From Schmidtea polychroa (taxonomy: Eukaryota), in assembly GCA_044892525.1 (NCBI GenBank), contig CM097887.1, positions 24,056,001-24,120,000 of the forward strand: DNA of 64,000 bases. Reading direction: 5' to 3'. Shown one piece after another: positions 1-10,633 of this stretch (positions are counted from its first letter, which is position 1; each line of letters starts with the position of its first letter). Under the pieces are notes generated by a model. It had not been told where the DNA came from, ran no database searches, and worked only from the letters and a program-made list of their open reading frames with translations. The position numbers were made by a program, and so were the translations under genes.

Positions 1-1763
1 GATCAGAATTCATTAGAATAAGCTTCAATAATCGAAATACAAATAAATAAACATCTTTATTATGTACATTATTATGTACTTTATCAATACTAAAAAGCGA
101 TTAATATTAAATTAAAAAAATTAAATTCGTTAAATTCGTTAAAAATGATTATATTAAATATTTCTCGACGAATAACTGAATTCCTAATTTCCATGTCTTT
201 GGTAACGGTTAATCATGAAAACATCATTTAATTCTTCACGAATGATGTTGGTACTATGCAATTTTGGTGAGATCCCAAACAAAAGTGAGTCCCTCTTGGT
301 AACTGATAAGCTTATGATTTCTCCTGTTTATCATGATGAACAGACAAATAAATTAAATAAAACTTCTAAACGCAAAAAAATTCAATACAATAAAAATGAT
401 TTTGAATAATTATAAAAACTTCTAATCAAGATCGTAGAATTAATAACTCAAAATTAAATACAAAATAAATTTTTTAAAAATGTATTAACAATAATTTGAA
501 ATATAAAATAAAATTATTTATAATAAAATAAAATTTGATATTATCAATGTATAATTTGAAAATTGAAAATGTTTAAAGGAATCTAATCTTTAAATGATGA
601 CACATCAGATAATCAATTTTAAAATTTAGGTTTACAAATAATTTCAATAAATTAACCCTAATAATAAGTGTTGTTTCACCAATAAATGAACTGAATTCAG
701 AATTTTACAATTAATTTTGATATCACTTTAAATATTTGGCTGAGTTTCATCTAGAGTAAACTTTCTTTGAAACAAAATGGATGACACTTTAAATCCGATC
801 CGTTCTAAATTCAAAACTCGTTACTCATTCATTGAACACATTAATTTTGTTGACTTTTACTGGCAAATTTCACAAGTTTCTCTGCTTTTTTGTCAACTAT
901 CTCTTTTTTGTGAACCATATCAGAGGTTTCCCCCAATTTTTGATAATAAAAAAATATAAATTATTATTATTCTGTCGTCACCTAACAGGTTGCTATTACT
1001 TCTGTCAAACTCGGCGATTTTGTTTTCCAAATGAAATGATTGATGTCGTCAACAATCTTTTAATTAATTAATTAATTAGTATGTATTTTCGATATTAAGA
1101 ACATGCTATTAATTTAAAATAATTATAGTCATCTTTTATCTTTTCCCATGACAAATATTATTAGATTTTTAAATTTTTAATCAATTACAGTGGAATACTT
1201 ATTTTTGAAGTTAAATCAATTTTCCATTTGAATATTATTTTGCACTTATTTACATAACTCCAACAAATCTACCCCTCCACATTAAACAATATTCCTACTC
1301 AAATCTAACATTGATTTTAGACAATACGACTTGTTTCTTGTTTTCATCGACTTGATATTCACCTAATTTTCGGGGAGTGAATGTTGCATATTTTTCTTTA
1401 TTCATTTTGATTTTTCGTTTATTGTATTATTTATTATTATTTCCTTTATTTATACCTATTATTTTATTATTTTGCACATATTTTTCAACTTTAATTTGTG
1501 ATTAATTGTCGATGCTCGCGTCTGTGTGCGCTTTGTACTGGTTTTGGAGGTTTTTGTGTGCGCACACAGACGCGTAAAATTGTGAAAATGATTTTATGAT
1601 TTGGAGTATTTTTGATTGGATGGAATTTTAATTTTGTGGGTTTTGCTGGATTCGAATTAGTGTTGCTGACTTATGGATATGATATTCTATTCAATTTTTC
1701 TGGAATTGTGGTTTTAAAGAACTGATTTATAATTTTGATTTGAATTTTTGGCCTTAGTGAAAT

Positions 1764-2396
1764 ATGGAAGATAATGAATGTTTGATATGTCGTATTTCAA
1801 TGAGCAATATGGCGAAGAGATGTCTTTTCAGCAGTGGAACTTGTCCATGTGATCGTGGCTCAGTAAGATCGTTTCAAATTATTAATGGAAGTTTTTCAAA
1901 ACGATTGGAAATCAACGATTTAATTTCTGTAAATCATGAAATGACAGAAGACGAACTCCAAGAGATGTTTATGAAATTTCCCCAAAGAGATAAAAAGATA
2001 AACTTGCTAACTTATGGATATGATATTCTATTCAATCGAGCTCTTAAAAAGATCAACACAACCCCAATGTTTATTAGCCGAAGTGCTGAACAATTATCCA
2101 ATGTTTCAAATTCAATCATGGCGCAATCTCAAGTTATTGGACACGATAAATGGTTTTGTACAAATAAAGCGTGTGATATTAATTACAAAGAAATTCTTTT
2201 GATGTGTCTTAGATTTAGACACTTTGAATCTGTCATCCGACATGGGCGACTACGCCCAGAAATCGATGTCCTCTTGTTTTTGTCAAATATTTCTATTTTA
2301 CTTTTGAGGGTTTTTATTGATGAGTTTGATTTATTAACCAAAATTAGTAACATCATGAAATTGATCAGCTATGATTACGATCAATTATCTGAATAA
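1764..2396 (+). CDS. Hypothetical 210-aa ORF, Cys-containing N-terminus, no recognised family
   Basis: Open 633-bp frame in very AT-rich DNA with an ATG start. No motif recognised. Confidence 0.3.
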   Translation: MEDNECLICRISMSNMAKRCLFSSGTCPCDRGSVRSFQIINGSFSKRLEINDLISVNHEMTEDELQEMFMKFPQRDKKINLLTYGYDILFNRALKKINTTPMFISRSAEQLSNVSNSIMAQSQVIGHDKWFCTNKACDINYKEILLMCLRFRHFESVIRHGRLRPEIDVLLFLSNISILLLRVFIDEFDLLTKISNIMKLISYDYDQLSE

Positions 2397-2944
2397 AATT
2401 ATAATCATTTAAAAGTTTTTTTAAAATTGACTTACGTTTATATGAACTTTAAGTTCTCCTGTTTTGAAATATTTGTTTGTTTAAATGTTTATGCTTCACC
2501 ATTATCTAACACTTAGTTTATTCTGCTTTTCTTTTTTGTCAATATTAGTACTCCTAATGAAATGATATCGATTTTTGATGTCTAACGAAGTTTGTCTCGA
2601 AATCCATAATATATATAGAGCTGAAAATAAGACAGGCAGATAGGTATTAACTCAAAGGGTACTTGAACATGTTTCAGGACTTTAACATTTTCTTTAGAGA
2701 TGACCATCAAACTTACAAATCAAACTTACAAAAAATTTCCTTTAATTTAAAAAATATTTATATTATGCGATTTATAATTTAATTGAAACCACAATATTCT
2801 GTTCGAAATTTATACAAGATTTTTTGATAGTCGCTGTCTGATGTCGAATGAAATTTATCTCGAAATCCAAAATATATAGAGACCTGATGAACAAAAACAT
2901 AGATATACTACTGAAAAGTCTCAATTTCTTAGTTTTCAATATAA

Positions 2945-3110
2945 ATTAAAGTTCTGTTACATTTTTCAACTCTTCCACAAGATCGGGTATGAATTTGACA
3001 TATTGTGAGGTTCAAAACTTCAAATAGTTCTGTTACTGACTTTAAATAAATCACTTATGAAATCTGCCCCATGATTCTGTAAACAGTTTTCGGTATCCCT
3101 GAACAAACAC
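2945..3110 (-). pseudogene. Degraded retroelement integrase core fragment
   Basis: With frameshift correction the minus strand reads GIPKTVY.DHGADFISDLFK ... HTRSCGRVEKCNRTL, matching the rve SDxG..F and HPQxNGxVERxNRTL motifs. Confidence 0.45.
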
Positions 3111-3496
3111 CGATGTAGAGTATAGAGAATAACACTCCCCTAAAAATAAATAAAATAAGTATGTCAAATTTCAATAAGCCAAATTGATTTATACATAAGC
3201 AAAATGCTATAAAAATACTAATTTTAAAAAATTATCTGAAAATTTAATTTTGGAGTTTGCTTTGGAATTTGCAAAATTAGTATCAATTAATTTCATATTT
3301 ACACAATGTGTTATTTTGTATTTAATAAACAGTATTGCTAATAACTAAAGTAGTATTGACTAAACCTTCCAGTGGCGATTACAGAACAATTACATGTGAA
3401 TCAAGAATATTTTAATAATTACCATAAATTTTGTTAACAATTACCCTAATTCCTCATTTGTCTATAATTATCCATTGAAAATGTTATCATATTATG

Positions 3497-3566
<70 letters not shown>
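3497..3566. repeat. (AAT)n microsatellite
   Basis: Direct read: uninterrupted AAT run of about 70 bp. Confidence 0.95.
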
Positions 3567-3567
<1 letters not shown>

Positions 3568-5006
3568 CAAATTAATTATGTTTTCTGATGTATTTTGCTA
3601 ACATTAAGTTCGGGTTCCTCACTTGGCGGAACTGGAAACCTCCCAAAGAGGGGTGCAATCGCTCCTTCCCTGATTTACTCCTACTCACAAGACTTTCTTG
3701 TCCATTGTACACGATATAAATGTTTTGATGAGCTCAAACTTAAAACGGATATATTTTGGCCAAATTTTACCAATATAAATAATTACATATTTTAATATTC
3801 CCTTTAATCACAGCAAAGTTTTACAGAAATGAAACGGCTTCGAATGCTCTTTTAAAAATTCGGATTTGATGTATCCCCCTGACGATTATTTCTGTTATTT
3901 AACTAGATTTTATCATAAAATTTCCTTTATAATTTTTATAAAATAACAGAATTTCATCTTTATTGTAATTATTCAATAATTTTCATATTAATGTTTGTAA
4001 GACTAGATCAAAACAATATATAAGGTACACGATATTTCGGCACATCCTTTACCAAGCGTGTATTTACAAAATTATCAAAGGAAATTTCATTTGATTCCGT
4101 TTTTGTTCTAAATTTTTATAATTAATAATAATAATAATCTTGTAAAGTCTAATGACGTAAAATATTATTTGGAAATTAATCTTGGTTAATGAGAAATTTC
4201 CTACAAAGCTTCTTTAACCATGTTGTGGGGCACATGTTTTATAGCCAAACAAGATATAGTTGATTAAAATCTGTCGATTACATCCTTGTGAAATTATAAA
4301 AATTTGGAGATCGGTAACAAAGTTCTCAAAATGAATCAACAAAGATTTGATCATGTTTGCTTTAAAAAATATTTTTGCACATTTTTATTATCGTTATTAT
4401 TATATTATTATTTTCAAAGTAATATTATTATTATTATTATTTTTTTTTCTAAAGGATTATTTTCTTTAGAGTACTATTATCAACCGAAAAAATATTTTCG
4501 AGTGTCCACTGTAACATTATTACAACAAAAGGGTGGGTTACTGGTGGTTGAATGTTTATTAGTTGATGCTGTCGCCAGCGTAACCCAGGATACAATATTG
4601 TTCTCCACCTGGTACCCGTTGAGTAATCAACGTTGGTACTGTACCAAGGGGTTGAGTACTCGCAAAAAGTGAGCGCATCGAGGCACTATAATTGTCGAGT
4701 ACTCCATGGGTTCACGGACTACCGTTAGAAGGTGTGTGTCCGATTTCTCAGGTCCCTTATCAAAATTGTTTTCCCAACCTTACGCACAAACTCTCATTTC
4801 TCAGGCAATCATATGTTGGGCTAAAGGTGGAGGTGGCGAAAACTGGATCAAATAGGGAAACGAACCCCGGGAAAAATTAAATGAAATAGGATAAAAAATA
4901 AATCAGCACCAAATCCCGGTAGTAAATAGGGAGAAACAATAAAATATCAATAAAAGAATAAGAATAAGCAACCAAATAAATAAAACCCCTAAAAGTTGAA
5001 AATAAG

Positions 5007-5099
5007 TGTTAGAAAAAGACATAGTTTCACAGAAATATTTATTCACTACAAAAATCTAAACGGAACACACAATCGTTATACTATTTATAGTACATTGAA
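5007..5099. mobile_element. 93-bp remnant of element B LTR inside A1 5' LTR
   Basis: Identical to 25188-25280, at the same offset (193 nt) from the LTR start in both A1 LTRs. Confidence 0.9.
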
Positions 5100-5899
5100 A
5101 TAAGTCAAGTCATTAAAATTTAATATATTATGATAAAAACATAAAAATAATAATAAATAGTAAAATTACAAGCAAGTCGCGTCCTGATTGGACGGAAAAT
5201 ACTATATATGCAACGTGGAAAATTAGAAAACTACCACTTTAATTTTCACGATTGCAGGTAAAATTTTAGTTAAGAAAACTACCACTTTAATTTTCACGAT
5301 TGCAGATTGCAGATTTCAGATCACAGGACTAGAGACTACTTTTCAAACTACAGACTTCAGAGCCTTTAATTTCAGTTTAGCGATTTCAACTAAGGGATAA
5401 TTAACGACCAGTGACAGATCCATTCCAAATTTCAAACTAGACCGATTTTATCCAGTTTTCAAAACCTAAGGTATGGCTCGATGGTTACTTATGGATGGTT
5501 ATCATTTTAATTATTGTAAATAAAAAATAATTTCATGAAATAAAATTATTAAAACAAGAACAGCCTTTCTTCATGGTGCCGGCAACTGTATCATCTGGAA
5601 GTTTCAAGTATGATGTGGACGAACAGAGGTATGCCACGGTGGAGGGCAGTGTTAAGAGGAATTTTTATAGAATGCATCCAGAAGATGTTGAAAAATTATT
5701 AGATCCTTGGAGAACATGATAGTAATTGATGAGATAGTTACAAATGGGATGATCAAATGCGCGATTGGATAGGAAGGAGACATCATACTTGGATGCCAAA
5801 TGATATGGTCGCCGGGTAAATTTTTTTGTTCATTTATTTATTCATCATTTATTATTTTGTAATCATAAATTATGCTAAAAATTTTGAATATGAATAAGT

Positions 5900-6324
5900 C
5901 GATTGGTCCCTCATGACGGTGCAAGAACGGCGGCAGAGATGAATGCCTTCTTGGGTGTGTCATGAGGGGTGAAGAGACTCGGTAGTTGAAATACGTTTGC
6001 GAAGTAAAATTGTTCCACCGAGTGCGGTCGTTCCTGGAGCATCTTCATTCTTATGCCGAAATCTCCAAAAGTAGCATTGACGATTTTTAAAAAATTCTAA
6101 AAAGTTCGGTTAGAGATCGACATCGACATTCGCATTGACTTAGCACTATAGGCTATAGGTTGCCAGGGATTATAATTTCGTTTTGAAATTTTAGGTATAT
6201 TTACCTCGATAAAAATCCGAGACGGTAACGGGGAATTGGAGAATAAAGATATAATAAGGGGGTGAGGCCTAGATAGGGGGCATTTCTTAAGTACATCCCC
6301 CGTTCTCTTTTCATAAACGATCAT
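5900..6324 (-). pseudogene. LTR-internal antisense ORF (frameshifted), conserved in A2
   Basis: Reads ...LPSLFTPHDTPKK after frameshift correction. The A2 homologue (44493-44753, minus) reads PGFFTPRDTPKD. Confidence 0.4.
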
Positions 6325-6497
6325 ATGAAGAAATTTGAATGCTTGTAACGGAATGACTGTGAATGAGGATGGATGATGAGGTCTGTGGGTTGTCGTTGAG
6401 TGAAATGATGGATAAAATGCCCAACTCGTGTTCTAAAAATCGACTATCTCATTCTAATAAATGTTCTGAATCGATATAAAACTGATTGACTTTCTAG

Positions 6498-7245
6498 ATG
6501 ACGACATCGTCCAACAACACTAAAGAACTCCGTCCTTGCTTCTCCTGCGCCGATAAAAACGCGGACATCGCGCAGCTCCATCTGTATATCGGGGCTCTAA
6601 AGAAACGAATTGACCTGTATGAAGGAACGTGGTTCTCCCCGCCACAAATGAAGGAGGAGAGAAGCAAAATACTGCGACTAGAGCATTGCAGGGATAGCCT
6701 GCTGGAGGAAAGTCGTTGCCAACGGCTCACAATCAAAGCCCAGTCGGAAGCCCTCCACAAGGTCTATACGGAGGCAGAATTAGTCAAGCGGGTACGGGAA
6801 TTTCCCGTCGTGGATGGGACGAACGTTTTTCCACTCCACCACCAGTTATCCCGACCATCTGCCGCAAGTTGCCAAGGACATGGCTCCCATTTACCACCCA
6901 ATCTTGTCAGGTTATCTGCCAATGGCAGGCGGCTCGTCTGATCCCATTCTGGCCCCAGTTCTCGTGGCCTCGGGCAATACCCCGGTGGTGGAAGCTAACC
7001 AGCCATCCCGGAAACGGAAACGCCCAACTCGAGCAGCAAAGAACCAGAAGCGCAGAGAGGCGATGGCAGCCATAGAAGCGTCGCTATCGGCGGCGAATTC
7101 GACGATCCAGGAAATCTCTTCCACTCATTCCATTCCCTCTAAAGAAGTTTTTCGATTGGTACCGGCTGAAGGTATCAAATTCGCCTCGGACCACCGTCTA
7201 CCGGTAGACATCGATGAAATACTCGCGGAAGGAGACGTTTTCTAA
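6498..7245 (+). pseudogene. LTR-internal gene (CxxC, coiled coil, EGTWFSP motif, NLS), split by one frameshift near 6815
   Basis: Overlapping ORFs 6498-6941 and 6814-7245. The C-terminus is conserved at 45771-45965 (minus) and the N-terminal motif at 38102-38587 (minus). Confidence 0.6.
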
Positions 7246-7809
7246 TAATGCGGATTGCATCGATTCCGATCCTTTCGATCAAATTACAAACCCACTTGTA
7301 CACTTTGGCTAACTGATTTCACATTCGTATATGTGTATTTGACTCGCATGCTGAGAGTTTATGATTGTAGAATATCGTTTTGTGTTGAGTTTAATATAAT
7401 TGGGTGATTTTTTCTTCGATACTAAGAGTTGTCGACAGGTATGACTGAGTGACGTGAAATGCTAATGAACATGATGTAGAGTGCAGGTAAATCTTATCGA
7501 TGGTCGTTCCCTTGGACCAGGATCGGACCAAGTTACCTATGGGAATACGGGTAAGTCCTTCCGAGGCACCTTAGAACCTGAACCGTGAAGGGGTTAGGAG
7601 TAGTCTTAAGGCAGAGGCTCACCTGCTAACCTTTTCCGACCCGTGTGAGCAGTACCAACGTGGAACATCACCACGGGCTCATGCGTGGGAATATTCGGAT
7701 GATCATTTGGAGTATGCATGGGGAGTGTCTGAGCTAAAAGATGAGGTCTTGTATGTACGACGGTTATGTATGTATGGTTTTCTTCTCCCTCATACGCCAA
7801 CATGATTTT

Positions 7810-7827
7810 TGGGGGCTCAGCCGGGAT
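7810..7827 (+). promoter_or_regulatory. Primer-binding site, tRNA-Pro type
   Basis: TGGGGGCTCAGCCGGGAT matches the canonical tRNA-Pro PBS TGGGGGCTCGTCCGGGAT at 16/18 and lies 7 nt after the LTR end. Confidence 0.85.
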
Positions 7828-8274
7828 TGAATTTGATTTGTTTTGATCGCCTATTATTGTGTTAGATTAATAATTCAATTAACTATGATAAAGAATGGAA
7901 TCGGGACTGAAACGAATCGATGTTATAATGCAATTGAATGATGATACGAACTGTTTGTGTGTGAAAGAGGGTATATTATGAATAAAAACGAACCTAATGA
8001 GTATGAATGAATATGATTGAGTATGATGAGAAAAGAAAACGGGAACTAATTATTTTTTCTTATTTCTATTAAAATAAAAGGGATAACAAGAGAAGTAATG
8101 ATAAAAAAATTTAATGATTAAAGTTGACAATACGACAGTAGAATTTCAAAAATCGAACAAAATACGAAAGTTAGAAACAATAACAATAAAAGACAAATGA
8201 ATACTAAATACAAACAAAATAATATTATTGTTAATACCAGTAAGAACAAATAATAACAACACATTTATTTAGAT

Positions 8275-8754
8275 ATGTTCGAAGCAAGACAACACCTACA
8301 ACAGCTAAGCCGGTTCGTCGACATAGAAAATGATTCCATAAAGACACTAAAGGAGAAATTGACACAAATAGAACTTTTAGAACAACAACGTCGCAATGCA
8401 CCACTGATATCAAAATAAAACTTTTTAACAGACAGATTGGGAGCAACAAACACCGACACCGACTTGTCTATCCATTACCAATGGCTTCAGCAACGTCTCG
8501 ACGATCCTGCCTTGAATATTGAATACGTAAGAATACGCGAACAAGTGAAAACTCTGTCTAAAATAATATGAGCCTTGATTGAAGAGAAAGCAGCAGCATT
8601 GAGAACCTGTAAGATTTGTAAGGCGCGACCTGGCAGAATAATGATATTACCATGCGGACATCTAAGCCATTGTGATGAATGCGTCGTTAAGTTAACCCAT
8701 TGCTCTTTATGTGCGTGTGTGATAAAAGAGAAACACACGGTCTACTTCAACTAG
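8275..8754 (+). pseudogene. Coiled-coil + C-terminal IAP/MDM2-type RING-HC E3 ligase (two in-frame stops)
   Basis: CKIC..RPGRIMILPCGHLSHCDECVVKLTHCSLC.CVIKEKHTVYFN*. The 160-codon frame has a TAA and a TGA; the second stop is CGA in A2. Confidence 0.8.
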
Positions 8755-9443
8755 CACGCGACCGTCACTCGGTGAAGGGAATTGTCTGATTGAGCAATTA
8801 GACTAAAACATTTTAAGTTTTGTTGTTAATGTTTTAATAATGATATAATATATCGTATGTAGTATGAACTGAATAATAAAATAAATCATTTTTTTTGTTT
8901 TGTTGATTTCATTGTGTGAAGTTATAATTCGATCTGTTTCATCATAATTTTCACCATGAAGAAAGGGTATTTAAAAAAATTTAAATTGAGTACATAAAGT
9001 GGAACTAGTCCCAACATAGGATTAAAGGGGGAATAAACCGAGCCACCTTCGGGAGGTACGTTATACAAACGCCGTTTGGGAGGGGATAACCGATCACCCC
9101 GAGTGAGAAATGTAAGGCGAATATTGAAAAGTTTCTGCGGTATGGCTGATCACCATACCAATGTAGAAATGGATCAATGCGATCGTTTTGCGTTTTGAGC
9201 AAGGGGGGAAAGGGGAAAATATTCTCAAGCGGCGAGGAATAAGCCGACAATTAAAAGGAAAAGTGGAGAAAACGAGAATCCGGAGTAAAGGGAGAAGAAG
9301 CATGCAGAGTCAGGGAAATTAAAACTGAGCTGAGAAAAGCCAGCCAGTTCAAAGATATTAAGGCCGAGTTGGGAAAAGCCCAGCCGGTCAGGATTATGAA
9401 GATTGAGCTGTTGAAAAAGCCAGCCAGTCGTAAAGGCCTAGAA

Positions 9444-9645
9444 TAATAGTGAGATAGCAAGTATTGCTACCAGTGAGAAGGCATTATGCCTACCAAAAAA
9501 TAGCGTTAAGCTAATAGTGAGATAGCAATTATTGCTACCAGTGAGAAGGCATTATGCCTACCAAAATAGCGTTAAGCTACTAGTGAGATAGCAATTATTG
9601 CTACCAGTGAGAAGGCATTATGCCTACCATGAAATAACGTTAAGC
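9444..9645 (+). repeat. Three tandem ~67-bp units, each with two small hairpins, in the leader
   Basis: Unit taatagtgagaTAGCAA-tta-TTGCTAccagtgagaAGGCA-tta-TGCCTaccaaaatagcgttaagc. Confidence 0.9.
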
Positions 9646-10633
9646 CAATAATGGAATAAATAGTAAAGCTAGCTAGAATGAATTGAATTTAAATACGAGA
9701 ATTCGAATATAGAGAATTAAACGAGCTCGTGGGGGAGATAATAAAAGTCTTTTAGTAAACAAGAGAAGCAGAAAAGGAAAACGAATCAAGGAGATAATGA
9801 AAGTGAAGAATAAGTGTGAATTAATGATGAATAAAAGGTGAAAATAATTAATTAATTAAAAAGGGGATCCCAAGTAAGTAGACAAAGTTCTACAGAATTT
9901 TTTTGGTTTAAACCGGTTGAACGAATTTTGTTTTGGTTCCAGAGTAGAACCGAGTAATAGAGACGAAAGATTAAGTAAAACGGCGGAACTGCGTAAAAGG
10001 ATTAAGAAAAATGTGGGGGGTAATAAGCAGTAACTGACAACGACCTATCGATATTATAAATGATAACCATAGATAATTTATACGACCATATAGATAATTG
10101 TTACTACCCCAATTAGATAATTTAAAATCGACGAAAACTATGGGTTGATGGGTAATTATAGTCCACCAAGTTTGTATGGGGAAAATGAAGAGAAGCATAA
10201 CAGAGGCCCTAAAACGGTGTCTGTGCTTGAATGTGGCAAAAAGGAATGATTGATTCGTGTAAGCAAATGCAACACGATATCATTTTTTCATTGTAGATAT
10301 CAATCCAATCAAGTCAATCCAGAACCCGCTCAAAAGGAATCCAGAGAAGATATACAGACAACCCGGCAAAAGACAATTCAGAACCCGCACAAAAGAAAAC
10401 AAACCAATCCGAACACGGAGGACGATAACGATATTCTTATCTACGACGGGATTATCGAAATACTTAGTATCGACGTACTAGCAGAAGTCAATCAGGGACT
10501 CAGATATCTCCTCAGGAAATCAGTCGAGAAACTACGCGGAATATTCTTCGAAGAGACTACACCCAGAACCGAAGACATCTAATTCAGAACCCGATCAAGT
10601 AAAAGAAACCAAGAGAGACAAAGGGACAACAGG

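Larger units (their letters stand above)
4814..7802 (+). repeat. A1 5' LTR (~3.0 kb, gene-containing)
   Basis: TG...CA with tgttgg/ccaaca termini. 4814-5099 matches 24995-25280 and 7353-7802 matches 37541-37989 at about 99%. ATTGG (reverse CCAAT) and TATATA at ~5187-5210. Confidence 0.85.

Noticed and set aside
150-1400. Possible host exons or integrase zinc-finger remnant on the minus strand
   Set aside because: Only short frames with weak motifs (CEICQ); cannot be supported.
7480-7803. Minus-strand ORF (MFHVGTAHTG...GEPLP) followed by TAA/TAG at the same positions in A1 and A2, suggesting stop-to-Gln recoding
   Set aside because: All other genes use standard stops. The segment is the LTR end, and its conservation is explained by LTR/RNA constraints. 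The ORFs at 7606, 37793, 37894 and 45215 are treated as non-coding.
9444-9645. CRISPR-like array
   Set aside because: Units are whole tandem repeats with no unique spacers; eukaryotic context and no cas genes.
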